Source: a virus. Taken from it: a stretch of 64,000 nt of DNA. Under the pieces are notes generated by a model, which was not told the origin of the DNA, did not search any database, and was given only the letters and a program-made list of their open reading frames with translations. The stretch covers positions 42,203 to 106,202 of IMG/VR virus record IMGVR_UViG_3300031841_005609; one strand, 5' to 3'. Below, piece by piece: positions 10,407 through 20,351 of this stretch; position 1 is the first letter of the stretch, and every line of letters starts with the position of its first letter. A program made the position numbers and the translations under genes.

Positions 10407-10635
10407 AGTATATTTTATCGAAGATGGAGACAGGGTGCATTCATTCTGCCCTGTTTGTGGTTTTCTGGCTAGAGATTCCGAAGACTTGGATATCATACAA
10501 AAAGAAAAAGCCTGTAGAGAATGTACTGGTAATTTCAAATACTTAGATCTAGAGTCCTGGGAAAGAGGAGATCGACCTACAAGAGAAGAAGCTAGGTCTA
10601 AAATACATTTTCATAGTGGAGAAAGTACAAAATGA
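10384..10635 (+). CDS. Small zinc-finger protein
   Basis: CPVC and CREC pairs; overlaps both neighbours. Confidence 0.6.
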   Translation: MRLSDRNEVYFIEDGDRVHSFCPVCGFLARDSEDLDIIQKEKACRECTGNFKYLDLESWERGDRPTREEARSKIHFHSGESTK

Positions 10636-10997
10636 ATAAACTAGAATTAGTTGCAAGACTTGTTGATAACACATACAACCCAGTGTCAAAGTCGGGTACG
10701 TATTCAATTAAGACTTCCATGCAGGGAAGCAGGCTTGTTGTAAAGTTTAGCACGATAGTTAACTTTGCTTCTGAGGCATCTTTAAGACCTCAAGTTCAAT
10801 CATCAAAAGAACACGCCGTTCAGCTTATAAAAGACTTTATTGCAAACCTTAAGAAAAACTACAAGGCAGAGACAGGAGAAGCTCTAAAGGTTGAAGATGA
10901 AGGCGGAGATGACAACATAGAGATGATTCAAGCAACTTCAAATTCACTCAGAAAAATAGCTTATTACAGATATAATCAGACTTTAGAGATATCTTAA
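10632..10997 (+). CDS. Hypothetical protein
   Basis: SD GGAG; fills the gap before the terminase. Confidence 0.7.
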   Translation: MNKLELVARLVDNTYNPVSKSGTYSIKTSMQGSRLVVKFSTIVNFASEASLRPQVQSSKEHAVQLIKDFIANLKKNYKAETGEALKVEDEGGDDNIEMIQATSNSLRKIAYYRYNQTLEIS

Positions 10998-11003
10998 CAG
11001 ACT

Positions 11004-12569
11004 ATGAACAAAAATCTTCAGGTCAAAGAGATAATAAAATGCGGAAAAGATCCGTCTTACTTTCTCAAAAAGTACATAAAGATTCAGCACCCTACTAAAG
11101 GTCTGGTCAACTTTGACACTTATGACTTTCAAGACGAGTGCCTGAAAGATTTCGTAGATCATAGATTCAATATCATCTTGAAGTCCAGGCAGCTAGGTAT
11201 ATCTACTTTGTCTGCTGCTTACGCCGTCTGGTTAGCTTATTTCTATAGAGACAAAAACATACTGATCATCGCAACCAAGCTTGCAGTTGCCCAGAACTTT
11301 ATCAAAAAAGTAAAAACAGCCCTTAGAGGTCTTCCCGGGTGGATGAACCTCACTGAAGTAGTAGGATCCAACAAGCAGGGCGTAGAGTTTAGTAACGGTT
11401 CTCAAATCAAAGCAGTACCCACTTCAGATGATGCAGGTCGCTCTGAAGCTTTGAGCCTCTTGATAATTGACGAAGCTGCGTTCATTAGAAACTTTGATGA
11501 ACTCTGGATGGGTTTGTATTCTACTCTATCCACAGGCGGTAGATCAATAATTCTTTCCACGCCGAATGGAGTCGGAGACAAGTACCATGAACTCTGCACA
11601 GACGCTCAGGCAGGAGAGAACGAGTTCAATCTAATCAAGCTTATGTGGGATGTCCACCCAGACAGAGACGAAGAGTGGTTCGCCACTGAGACTCGAAACA
11701 TGAGCAAGAAGCAAATAGCACAAGAGCTTATGTGTGACTTTGCAGCTTCAGGAGATACGTTTTTAAACGCTCCTGACCTTGAAACTCTGGCTCTTAGGGT
11801 AAAGACCCCTATTGAGAGATGGGGCCCTGATATGAATGTCTGGGTCTGGAAGTATTCTCTTACTGAGCACAAATATGTAGTCAGCGCCGATGTGTCAAGA
11901 GGTGACGCCGCCGACTATTCTACTTTTCACGTTTTAGATGTCAATTCAGGTGAGCAGGTAGCTGAATATAAGGGAAAGATTCCGCCTGACCAGTTTGCTG
12001 TTTTGCTAGCAGAGGCCGGAAAGAGGTATAATAATGCCTTAGTTTGTCCAGAAAACAACACGTATGGCTATGCAGTCATAATGAAGCTTGTCGAACTAGG
12101 GTACACAAACCTGTATTACAAGAACGAAAAGGACAAACTTAGTGCCCTCTACACAGGAAACAACCAGATATCTAAGATAGGCTTCTCCACAAACGCCCAA
12201 TCGAGAGGACAGATACTTACTAAACTAGAAGAGGTGCTAAGAAACAACTCAGTAGCTTTTTATTCTTCTCGTCTCGTTGACGAATTGAAGACTTTTGTCT
12301 GGAAGGGACAGAAAGCGCAGGCTCAAAAAGGCAAAAATGACGATCTTGTCATGGCAGCTGCAATTGGAACGTGGCTTTTCGATTCAGATCCCAAGGTAAA
12401 TTCTCAAACAACGGATCTTAACAAGGCTATGCTTGATGGCTTTGCTGTCAACAGAAGAGAGTACGGTCAAAAGAAAAGTCCGTGGAGCCGATTCGGGTGG
12501 AACAATCCGAATCGAACGTATCCTTCGAAGTCCGGACCTCACGGCGATGATTTTGACTGGATTTTATAG
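11004..12569 (+). CDS. Terminase large subunit (gp17-like)
   Basis: KSRQLGIST Walker A, LLIIDEAAF Walker B, LSTPNG, nuclease DVSRG..DYS, ENN and DDLVMA. Confidence 0.95.
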   Translation: MNKNLQVKEIIKCGKDPSYFLKKYIKIQHPTKGLVNFDTYDFQDECLKDFVDHRFNIILKSRQLGISTLSAAYAVWLAYFYRDKNILIIATKLAVAQNFIKKVKTALRGLPGWMNLTEVVGSNKQGVEFSNGSQIKAVPTSDDAGRSEALSLLIIDEAAFIRNFDELWMGLYSTLSTGGRSIILSTPNGVGDKYHELCTDAQAGENEFNLIKLMWDVHPDRDEEWFATETRNMSKKQIAQELMCDFAASGDTFLNAPDLETLALRVKTPIERWGPDMNVWVWKYSLTEHKYVVSADVSRGDAADYSTFHVLDVNSGEQVAEYKGKIPPDQFAVLLAEAGKRYNNALVCPENNTYGYAVIMKLVELGYTNLYYKNEKDKLSALYTGNNQISKIGFSTNAQSRGQILTKLEEVLRNNSVAFYSSRLVDELKTFVWKGQKAQAQKGKNDDLVMAAAIGTWLFDSDPKVNSQTTDLNKAMLDGFAVNRREYGQKKSPWSRFGWNNPNRTYPSKSGPHGDDFDWIL

Positions 12570-12624
12570 TTTAGGTTTGAATCCTTCTGAATACAATAAT
12601 TATGAAGTGCAATAGGAGTGTTTC

Positions 12625-14553
12625 ATGTCTGAGCAGGCAAGTTTATTTACTAGACTAACAAAACTTTTTAGATCAGGCCCCGTTGTAAAAAGAAGAGTTA
12701 GAAACGTTAAGACAGCTGGAGCTTCTACAGCCCTAGAGGTTTTTAAAAGAGCACACAGCGATGTATACAATAGCACGCTAAGTGCTTACGGAGCTTTCGA
12801 TAGAATGGCTCGCTATAGCGACTTCAGTGAAATGGAGTCAACTCCAGAAATAGCATCTGCTCTTGACATCTACGCAGAAGAGACCGTTTCTTCCGACGAA
12901 AAAGGACAAGTCCTACACATCTATTCAGAGAACAGAAAGGTTCAAGAAATCCTGGAGAACCTTTTTCACGACGTCCTTAACGTAGAATTCAATTTAGTAA
13001 TGTGGGTAAGAAATCTTTGTAAGTACGGAGACTTTTTTCTTTTTAACGACATACATCCTGATTATGGTGTGATCAATGCTTACCCAATATCGATAAGCGA
13101 AATGGAAAGAGAAGAGGGGTTCGACACGAAAGATCCCTCTGCAGTTCGATTCCGATGGGTGACTCAAGGAAATCAAGTTTTAGAAAACTGGCAAGTATCA
13201 CACTTCAGGCTCTTGGGCAACGACGCTTTTCTTCCCTATGGATCCTCCGTGTTAGAGGCCGCCAGAAGAATTTGGAGACAGTTAATCCTCATTGAAGATG
13301 CCATGCTCGTTTACAGAGTAATTAGAGCTCCGGAAAGAAGAGTATTTTATTTAGATGTAGGTAATGTACCGCCAGAAGATGTTTCGAACTATATCGAACA
13401 GGCTCAAACAAGCTTAAAAAGAAACCAAGTCGTAGACAAGTCTAACGGACAGGTCGACATAAGATACAACCCGCTTTCTGTAGATGAAGATTACTTCTTG
13501 CCCGTTAGAGGTGGTGAAAGCGGAACGAGAATTGATACTCTTGCTGGCGGCCAAAATACAGCTGCCATAGAAGATGTCGAATACATACAGAAGAAGCTGT
13601 TTGCAGCTCTCAAAATACCCAAAGCTTATCTGGGATATGACGAGGAAGTCGGAGCCAAGGCTACGCTTGCCCAAGAAGATATAAGGTTTAGCAGGTCAAT
13701 CCAGCGGATTCAAAAGACAATATTGTCTGAGCTTAACAAGCTCGCGATGATTCACCTCTATTGTCATGGTTACGAAGGAGAAGATCTCGTTGAGTTTGAT
13801 CTAAGGCTGTCTAATCCCTCATCGATCGCCCAACAACAAAAGCTCGAGCTTATAAGATCTAGATTTGAGATAGCAGGTTCAGCACCTGAAGGATCTGTCG
13901 ACAGGTCCTGGATTCAAAAAAATGTTTTAGGTCTTACTGACGAAGAGATAGAAAAAATTCACGAAGGACGTCTCGAAGACAAGCTTAGAGATCTCGAGGT
14001 CGAAGCAGTTCAAGCACCTGAAGCTGAAGGCGCTCCCGCCGGCGAAGCTGGTGATGAAGGCGGAGAAGAACCCGCCGAAGACGAAGGAGAAGATCTCTTC
14101 GCCGGCGATAGAAAAGATGATGAACTTTTGACCGCTTTGCCCGCAAGAAAAGACAAAAAAGAAGAGTCTGAAGATGATGATCACCCTGTCCTTTCTATAC
14201 AGGATCTAGATGCTCCTGTTAAAGCAGACAGACAGATTCGAAATGCCTTTGGCCAGAAGATAAAAAAGTCTAGAAAGGTAACAGCTGGACCTGGGTCTAC
14301 TCACATGCCGGATTTTGTTAAAATGACTTCAACTGGAAAAGCAGGCAGAAAACAAGACACGATGAACAAACCTTTTGATAACGATTTTCTAAAAGATCCA
14401 TTTTCAGAATCAATGTCGAGTTTTTCTCCTCCGAGGCTTACTTATGATTTAGTAAACACTCTTAACTCGATGGGAGACAAAATACAGGTTAAGAGACAAA
14501 AGCTATTGTCAGAAATTGATGAAAAACAAGGAGACCCTAATGGCGAAGCATAA
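12625..14553 (+). CDS. Portal protein (gp20-like) with long acidic C-terminal extension
   Basis: EDAMLVYRVIRAPERRVFYLDVGN, EDYFLPVRG, DVEYIQKKLFAALKIP and EDIRFSR are characteristic gp20 motifs. Confidence 0.95.
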   Translation: MSEQASLFTRLTKLFRSGPVVKRRVRNVKTAGASTALEVFKRAHSDVYNSTLSAYGAFDRMARYSDFSEMESTPEIASALDIYAEETVSSDEKGQVLHIYSENRKVQEILENLFHDVLNVEFNLVMWVRNLCKYGDFFLFNDIHPDYGVINAYPISISEMEREEGFDTKDPSAVRFRWVTQGNQVLENWQVSHFRLLGNDAFLPYGSSVLEAARRIWRQLILIEDAMLVYRVIRAPERRVFYLDVGNVPPEDVSNYIEQAQTSLKRNQVVDKSNGQVDIRYNPLSVDEDYFLPVRGGESGTRIDTLAGGQNTAAIEDVEYIQKKLFAALKIPKAYLGYDEEVGAKATLAQEDIRFSRSIQRIQKTILSELNKLAMIHLYCHGYEGEDLVEFDLRLSNPSSIAQQQKLELIRSRFEIAGSAPEGSVDRSWIQKNVLGLTDEEIEKIHEGRLEDKLRDLEVEAVQAPEAEGAPAGEAGDEGGEEPAEDEGEDLFAGDRKDDELLTALPARKDKKEESEDDDHPVLSIQDLDAPVKADRQIRNAFGQKIKKSRKVTAGPGSTHMPDFVKMTSTGKAGRKQDTMNKPFDNDFLKDPFSESMSSFSPPRLTYDLVNTLNSMGDKIQVKRQKLLSEIDEKQGDPNGEA

Positions 14554-15361
14554 CAAGAAGCGCAACGTCGGTCTACTACATGAACAGCTTATTAGGCATG
14601 CTAGTAGAATGACAGTCGAGGGCAGTGTCGAAAAAGCTCAAGATGCAGTCGACATTGTGACTAGGCATTTTAAAAGAGGATCTGAGACCCTGAGAGAATT
14701 CAGGCTTTTTAGCTCTCTTATCCACACTAAGGTTGATTCCAAAGACCTTGCTCAAAGAATCGTTGCTGAAAGCAGAAGAGCATGCATGGATCATGACTCC
14801 GAAAAGCTCCGAAGAGAAAAATCTTTGCTCATAAAAGATATCAATCATCTTTTGAACGAGGAGAGCTTTTACGATCAAAGGATTCCGACCTATAGAATAT
14901 TCGCAACAGTTCAGGCTCTACTCAATGAGTGGCGAGGAGCATCAAGACTCACACCTGCCGAAATTGTAAAGTATGAATCACGGTTGGTTGATCACTTGAC
15001 TCGGCAGGAAGCTGAGAATGAACTCCAGAGATCAGAAAACGCCGATCCTTTAGTACTAAACATAATGATCGAGAAGTTCAACAAGAAGTATGGAAAGACA
15101 CTCTCAGAAGATCAAAGAAAGATTCTTGAGCTCAGGCTTATGAACAAAAACGAAGAAGCTGTTGTTTTGATGGAGTCTGTCAAGAAAAAGACGCTAGCAT
15201 CAATCGATCGATTCTATGAATCTCTTGAAAACGAATATCTTGGAAAGAAAAGAGATGTTCTCGTTGAGAGAGTTACAAATTTTCAGCCAGACGAAACAGA
15301 TGAATCAGTGGCAAAAGCTCTTTCTCTGGCAAATCTTTTATCAGAACTGGAGGCGGAATAA
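14540..15361 (+). CDS. Conserved hypothetical head-module protein
   Basis: SD AGGAG precedes ATG 14540 (MAKHNKKRNVG). Helical protein between portal and protease. Confidence 0.7.
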   Translation: MAKHNKKRNVGLLHEQLIRHASRMTVEGSVEKAQDAVDIVTRHFKRGSETLREFRLFSSLIHTKVDSKDLAQRIVAESRRACMDHDSEKLRREKSLLIKDINHLLNEESFYDQRIPTYRIFATVQALLNEWRGASRLTPAEIVKYESRLVDHLTRQEAENELQRSENADPLVLNIMIEKFNKKYGKTLSEDQRKILELRLMNKNEEAVVLMESVKKKTLASIDRFYESLENEYLGKKRDVLVERVTNFQPDETDESVAKALSLANLLSELEAE

Positions 15362-15972
15362 TGGGCGACAGAAAACTACTGACAGAATGGTTGGCATTTG
15401 ATTACTCTCCTGAGATGATCAAAGAGTCAAGAGAGGCCAATGGCGGGAAACTAATGATGAAAGGTATTTTGCAAAAAGCAGATACTCTTAATCAGAACGG
15501 AAGAATCTATCCCATTGAAATACTTGACAGAGAAGTGAGAAACTACCAGAAGTTTATTAAGGAAAATCGCGCTCTTGGAGAATGTGATCATCCCGACAGC
15601 TCTGTGGTCGAACTTAAGAACGCATCACACATCGTTCGAGAAGCTTACATGAATGATGGTGTATGTTACGGAGTTGTGGAACTGCTGGATACACCAAGCG
15701 GAAAGATATTACAAAGTCTGGTAGAATCAGGCGTAACTTTGGGAATCTCATCAAGAGGCGTTGGATCAACTCGCCGTGAAGGTGATTACGATGTGGTTCA
15801 AGACGATTTTCAATTGATTTGCTGGGATTTCGTTTCAGAACCTTCTACACCAGGCGCCTTCATGATGAAAGAAGGAAAAGATTTTACGCGCGAAGATCTG
15901 AACAGACACTTTACTAAAACCGATAGAGTTGATAGGTTGGTCAACGATATCATTTCTTGGGAGAATGACTAA
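15361..15972 (+). CDS. Prohead core protease (gp21-like)
   Basis: NQNGRIYP, ALGECDHP, SH, TPSGKIL, GISSRGVGS and DFVSEPS. Confidence 0.95.
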   Translation: MGDRKLLTEWLAFDYSPEMIKESREANGGKLMMKGILQKADTLNQNGRIYPIEILDREVRNYQKFIKENRALGECDHPDSSVVELKNASHIVREAYMNDGVCYGVVELLDTPSGKILQSLVESGVTLGISSRGVGSTRREGDYDVVQDDFQLICWDFVSEPSTPGAFMMKEGKDFTREDLNRHFTKTDRVDRLVNDIISWEND

Positions 15973-16328
15973 TGGGACATTGGGTAGGACCAGGTATCGG
16001 AGATGTGGGATCTTATCAGGTCTCAGGAACTCCTTTTGTTTTTAATGCAACACAGAATCAGACCAAAACAGCAACTTTAGACTATGTGACGTCAGAGATA
16101 CAAGTCAATGTAGTTGGCACTGGTAACACAATATCTTTTGGAGATGCCGATACAACTACGTACACTTTACCTGCAGGTCTTTCTACCTTTCGTGTTAGGT
16201 GTAAGTCAATTCAAGTTATAGTTGCTAACACTTTGAACAACACAGTTTCTGTTTGTGCTTCTCTAACAGGCATCGAAGCAAAACACCTTGACCAGCATGA
16301 TCAGGACGATTACGGAACAGTCGCGTAA
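15972..16328 (+). CDS. Hypothetical beta-rich head-associated protein
   Basis: Translationally coupled to the protease; all-beta composition. Confidence 0.6.
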   Translation: MGHWVGPGIGDVGSYQVSGTPFVFNATQNQTKTATLDYVTSEIQVNVVGTGNTISFGDADTTTYTLPAGLSTFRVRCKSIQVIVANTLNNTVSVCASLTGIEAKHLDQHDQDDYGTVA

Positions 16329-16337
16329 GGATAGAAA

Positions 16338-16766
16338 ATGGCTAAGTTAACCAAAACTGCACTTAAGTCTCTTGTGAAGGAATGTTTGGTCGAGATTCTC
16401 GCTGAAGGAATCGGGTCAACAGCAACTTTGCAAGAAGGTGTGAAAAAATCATCTGTAAGCGTTGAAGCAAGAAGACGAGCAGAAGAGAAAAGATTGGAAC
16501 AACATCGGAAAAAATTTGAAGTAAAAGTTGACAACACTGTCTCCGACCTAACAGATGATCCGATCATGCAGTCTATTTTTGCTGAGACAGCTAAAACCAC
16601 ACTCCAAGAGCAGATGCAGCACGATTCAAGACCGGGAGCCACCACAGCTCAGCCAACCCCGGAAATGATGTCTGGCAAAGCATCAGGGATAGATCTTGGT
16701 AATATATTTGACGGAGCTTCTTCAAATTGGTCTGAGCTTGCTTTCGCAGAAAAGAAAGCTCGATAA
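16338..16766 (+). CDS. Hypothetical protein (possible internal head protein)
   Basis: N-terminal KLTKTALKSLVKE helix; head module position. Confidence 0.65.
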   Translation: MAKLTKTALKSLVKECLVEILAEGIGSTATLQEGVKKSSVSVEARRRAEEKRLEQHRKKFEVKVDNTVSDLTDDPIMQSIFAETAKTTLQEQMQHDSRPGATTAQPTPEMMSGKASGIDLGNIFDGASSNWSELAFAEKKAR

Positions 16767-16828
16767 CTGAGTTAACGAATACCTATAGAATAGAGAGGCA
16801 TCTCTCTAAAAGTCTAGGAGAAAACAAG

Positions 16829-17116
16829 ATGGCAAAAAGAGTAAGAAAGCTCACAGCGGAATCCCTCAGAAGAATGATTCAGCAAGAAGCTCGTAAGCTT
16901 CAAAAAGAATCATCAGATCCTTTCGCTGCCGGAGTTGAGAAAATAGAAAAGGTTTCAGCAGAAGAAGTTGATGCTGATGAGATCGCTGGATCTCTTGAAA
17001 AAGATATCGATTATGTCAAGGCTCTTAAGATTCATGAGAAAAGATTGACCGATAAGCTTAAGAAGATTCAAGAAGCTAAAAACCTTCTTTCAAAAAGAAT
17101 TTCTAAAAACATATAA
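16829..17116 (+). CDS. Hypothetical coiled-coil protein (possible internal head protein)
   Basis: SD AGGAG; KLTAESLRRMIQQE helix. Confidence 0.7.
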   Translation: MAKRVRKLTAESLRRMIQQEARKLQKESSDPFAAGVEKIEKVSAEEVDADEIAGSLEKDIDYVKALKIHEKRLTDKLKKIQEAKNLLSKRISKNI

Positions 17117-17132
17117 GTTCGAGGAGTAGAAA

Positions 17133-17606
17133 ATGCCAACACACAAGCAAGGAACAGTAAGCCCACCGATAACTGAAAGAGGTTTGGGAAAAGCCGGCTC
17201 AAACGATCACTCTGCGATGTTCGGCACTAGTCCAATTCACTCCGGTGAAATGACTCCTGAATCAATAGCTCAGCAATACCAGCAAGAGATTCTGGACGGC
17301 ACAATTAATGACGGCGGTCACACTTTCGGAACCTATGATCCAAATTATCCAGATGCTCCTAACATGGATGATGTTGAGACAGGCGGAGGAGGTCTTCCGG
17401 CCAGCCCATACGTTCCAAACCCTGTGTCCCCCGGGGAGGGATCTGTCGATCCTTCTGATCAAGCTGAGGCTCCTGACGGTTTCGGTGAAACTCCAAGCGC
17501 CACACCCTTCGTAGGTGTAGGATCTCAGCTCTCACCAAAAGCATCTTCAGAGGCTATTGCAAGACAGACTCTTGGAGACTACGGCTTAGGCAAGAGCTCC
17601 AACTAA
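17133..17606 (+). CDS. Pro/Gly-rich hypothetical virion protein, paralogue A
   Basis: SD GAGGAG; co-linear similarity with the next ORF. Confidence 0.7.
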   Translation: MPTHKQGTVSPPITERGLGKAGSNDHSAMFGTSPIHSGEMTPESIAQQYQQEILDGTINDGGHTFGTYDPNYPDAPNMDDVETGGGGLPASPYVPNPVSPGEGSVDPSDQAEAPDGFGETPSATPFVGVGSQLSPKASSEAIARQTLGDYGLGKSSN

Positions 17607-17617
17607 AAGAGAGATAA

Positions 17618-18121
17618 ATGCCCACAGGAAACCAAAACGTTCTTGAGAATGAATTTCCAAACTACGGAAAGACTGGCATTCATTCGAGATCAAATCAAGA
17701 ACGTTTGGCTTCTGCTTTCCCCGACAGCCCTGTACACGACCCGTCTGTTACTTCTTCAACCATAAGAGAATACTACTTTTATGAAGTTCTCTCCGGAGAA
17801 TACGATCCTGACTCTGGTTTTACTCAAAGCAATTACGACTACTCAGAGGCTCCCGAAATTCCTAATACAACGGCTCCTGATGGCGAATCATCTCCCGGAA
17901 ATCCAGGGTCTACAATAGTCTCCTCCGGAAAAGGTCCGAATGTAGCTACTCTCAATAGAAACAATTTACAAACCAATACCTCTCCGATGGTTGAGATAGA
18001 AAACGCTTCTGAGCCTCCCTTTTCAGGTCTTGGTTCTGGAGAAGATCCGAGCGAAACATCTTCTAGAATATCTTCACAAAATTTTGTCACGGGCTTACCG
18101 ATGGGCAAATCATCTGAGTAG
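17618..18121 (+). CDS. Pro/Ser-rich hypothetical virion protein, paralogue B
   Basis: MPT start, SPVH, EVLSG, Y.EAP, PF.G.GS and the GKSS end are shared with the previous ORF. Confidence 0.7.
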   Translation: MPTGNQNVLENEFPNYGKTGIHSRSNQERLASAFPDSPVHDPSVTSSTIREYYFYEVLSGEYDPDSGFTQSNYDYSEAPEIPNTTAPDGESSPGNPGSTIVSSGKGPNVATLNRNNLQTNTSPMVEIENASEPPFSGLGSGEDPSETSSRISSQNFVTGLPMGKSSE

Positions 18122-18124
18122 CCC

Positions 18125-18712
18125 ATGCCTTCTACGAAAATACCAAAGTCAGTAGGTGAACCTTCTATATCACGGCATGATTCAAGATCAGATCTAGGGT
18201 ATGGTAGAATATCAAATAAATTTCACAAGCCCAGAAAAGAGTCTGGAACATTTCCTTACCTAGTAGACCAATACTCAGAAATAGACTGGGAAGACGAAGA
18301 AACTCACGCCGCTATTGAAAAAAAGATTCAGAAGCATCAAAGGTCAGATCCTTTCATGAAGAAGTCAACAAGTCCTTTTTACTTTGCTGCTGGAAATACT
18401 AAACTTTCTGATTGTTTCCAAAGAACAGAAGAAGTCTTGGAAGAAATTCACTCTCTTGGAGATTCAATGTCCCCGATTCCTCATTTGACAAAAAAGAGAA
18501 GAGAGATGTCAGGTGGCTCCAGTGTCCATTCAGGCGGAATTAGCAGCTCAAGCGCCAAAAGAACCGGTTCTGAAAAGGGATATGCGTCAGCTCCTCCTGA
18601 TATAAAATATGACAAAAATGACAACGATCATAACGAAGTAATATTTAATCTAGAAGACCTCGTCAAAAAATTGCAATTAAAGACTGGGAATTTTAGGTAC
18701 CGAAAAACATAG
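18125..18712 (+). CDS. Hypothetical protein
   Basis: Compact ORF in the head operon. Confidence 0.65.
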   Translation: MPSTKIPKSVGEPSISRHDSRSDLGYGRISNKFHKPRKESGTFPYLVDQYSEIDWEDEETHAAIEKKIQKHQRSDPFMKKSTSPFYFAAGNTKLSDCFQRTEEVLEEIHSLGDSMSPIPHLTKKRREMSGGSSVHSGGISSSSAKRTGSEKGYASAPPDIKYDKNDNDHNEVIFNLEDLVKKLQLKTGNFRYRKT

Positions 18713-18737
18713 TTAACGACAGACAAGGTGATCATAG

Positions 18738-20342
18738 ATGAGCAAAACGTTGTTTGAAGAGGCGGTCGCAGACGCCAATAAACTTAGAGAGCTAGCTGAA
18801 GAAACCGCTAAAAATAAAGTGGTCGAAGCAGTCATGCCTCAAATTAGAGACATGATAAATAAAAAGATCTTAGGTGAAGACCTCGACGTTGAGCAAGATA
18901 TCGATGATCTAGATCTTTCTCTAGAGCCTGAGCCTGAAGCAGATGCTTCTGAGCCTGTAAAGGTAGGGTTAGACACTGGGGGCGAAGGATCTGCTGTTAG
19001 CATCAACGTAGATGGTGACGTTGAGATTGATCTCGAAGTAGATGCAGGTGAAAAAGAGGAAGAATTAGTTATGGATCAAGCCATGGCTGAAGCTTTGACT
19101 CGTCTCATTAGAGGTGAGGCCTCTGAAAAGTCCGAACTGGAAGTTAAAATTGACAAACTTTCCGAAAACGTAAACAAACTTGCAAGCGTTTTAAAAATAG
19201 TTAAAAGATCAGATTTAAATGAAAGTCAAGTTAGCAGACTTAAAATAAGCTATCTTTATTGTCTTAGAGAGGCGATAAAATTAAAATCAGGGATAATACT
19301 TACAGAAGATACGACTCAAGAGAGGCTTGAGCGAAGACTGACAGAAACAATTAAGGAGATAAGGAACATGTCGAAGTCAAATCGTCGCAATATTTTCGAC
19401 TTCCTCTTCGAAGGTGAAGATGAGAAGAAGAAAATGGAGGAACTCGAAGAGGCCGAGCTTTCCCTTGAGCTTTCGGCCGATGAACAAGAAGAGCTCGCAG
19501 ATGCAGAGGATGCAGATGCAGTTGGTGATGCCTTAGAAGATATCTTAGGGGATATTGAACTTTCTTTAGGTGGTGGCGAAGAAGAAGCTGCTGAAGAAGA
19601 AGAAGGCGAAGAAGAAGGTGAAGAAGAAGCTGAAGACGAGGAAGTCGAAGTAGCTGAAGACGAAGACCTTGAGGAAGCCGATCACATGGAAGGCGCTTAC
19701 ATGGATGAGGGCGAAGACATGGATGAAGTTTACGAAATAGACGAGAACATGTTGAGAGCTGAGCTTTCTAAGATGCTCAACGAAGACGATGCAGTTGATG
19801 CTGATCCTGCACTCGCTCACGGTGGCGAAGAAATAGGCGATGTTCTTCTTGATGTTTCCGAAGACGATTTGATTAACGCTCTTGCTGATGAGCTTGGGTC
19901 TGTTGCTGATAACGGAGCTGCAGCACCTGCAGTTGCAGAAGGTAGACAGATGAGAAAGCTTCGAAGAGCTCTTAAGGAATCTCAAAATCAGAACGCTCAG
20001 TACAAGAGAGCAGTAACAGAGCTTAAGGGGCAACTTGTTGAAATGAATCTTTTCAACGCAAAGCTTCTTTATGCCAACAAGCTGATGCAGAATAAGGACC
20101 TTTCAATGAAGCAGCAAAAGGCTATCGTTGAGGCACTTGATAACGCACAGACACTTCGAGAGGCGAAGCTTCTTTTCAAGAGCTTGACTGAATCTCTCAA
20201 CAGAAGATCTAAGAAGACTATGAACGAAGGTTCTTTGCGAACAAGCGGTTCATCTTCTAGAACTACTCGATCTTCTGCACCTAAGAACACTAACAATGCC
20301 GAAGCGGATCGATGGGCGATCCTCGCTGGCTTAGCTAAATAA
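18738..20342 (+). CDS. Prohead scaffold/core protein (gp22-like), with probable internal start at 19368
   Basis: Highly acidic; C-terminal coiled coil LVEMNLFNAKLLYANKL..DRWAILAGL; directly upstream of the major capsid gene. Confidence 0.8.
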   Translation: MSKTLFEEAVADANKLRELAEETAKNKVVEAVMPQIRDMINKKILGEDLDVEQDIDDLDLSLEPEPEADASEPVKVGLDTGGEGSAVSINVDGDVEIDLEVDAGEKEEELVMDQAMAEALTRLIRGEASEKSELEVKIDKLSENVNKLASVLKIVKRSDLNESQVSRLKISYLYCLREAIKLKSGIILTEDTTQERLERRLTETIKEIRNMSKSNRRNIFDFLFEGEDEKKKMEELEEAELSLELSADEQEELADAEDADAVGDALEDILGDIELSLGGGEEEAAEEEEGEEEGEEEAEDEEVEVAEDEDLEEADHMEGAYMDEGEDMDEVYEIDENMLRAELSKMLNEDDAVDADPALAHGGEEIGDVLLDVSEDDLINALADELGSVADNGAAAPAVAEGRQMRKLRRALKESQNQNAQYKRAVTELKGQLVEMNLFNAKLLYANKLMQNKDLSMKQQKAIVEALDNAQTLREAKLLFKSLTESLNRRSKKTMNEGSLRTSGSSSRTTRSSAPKNTNNAEADRWAILAGLAK

Positions 20343-20351
20343 GGAGAAAAA

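Noticed and set aside
19560-19740. GAAGAAG-type tandem repeats
   Set aside because: They are low-complexity Glu codons of the scaffold protein, not a CRISPR array or DNA repeat element.
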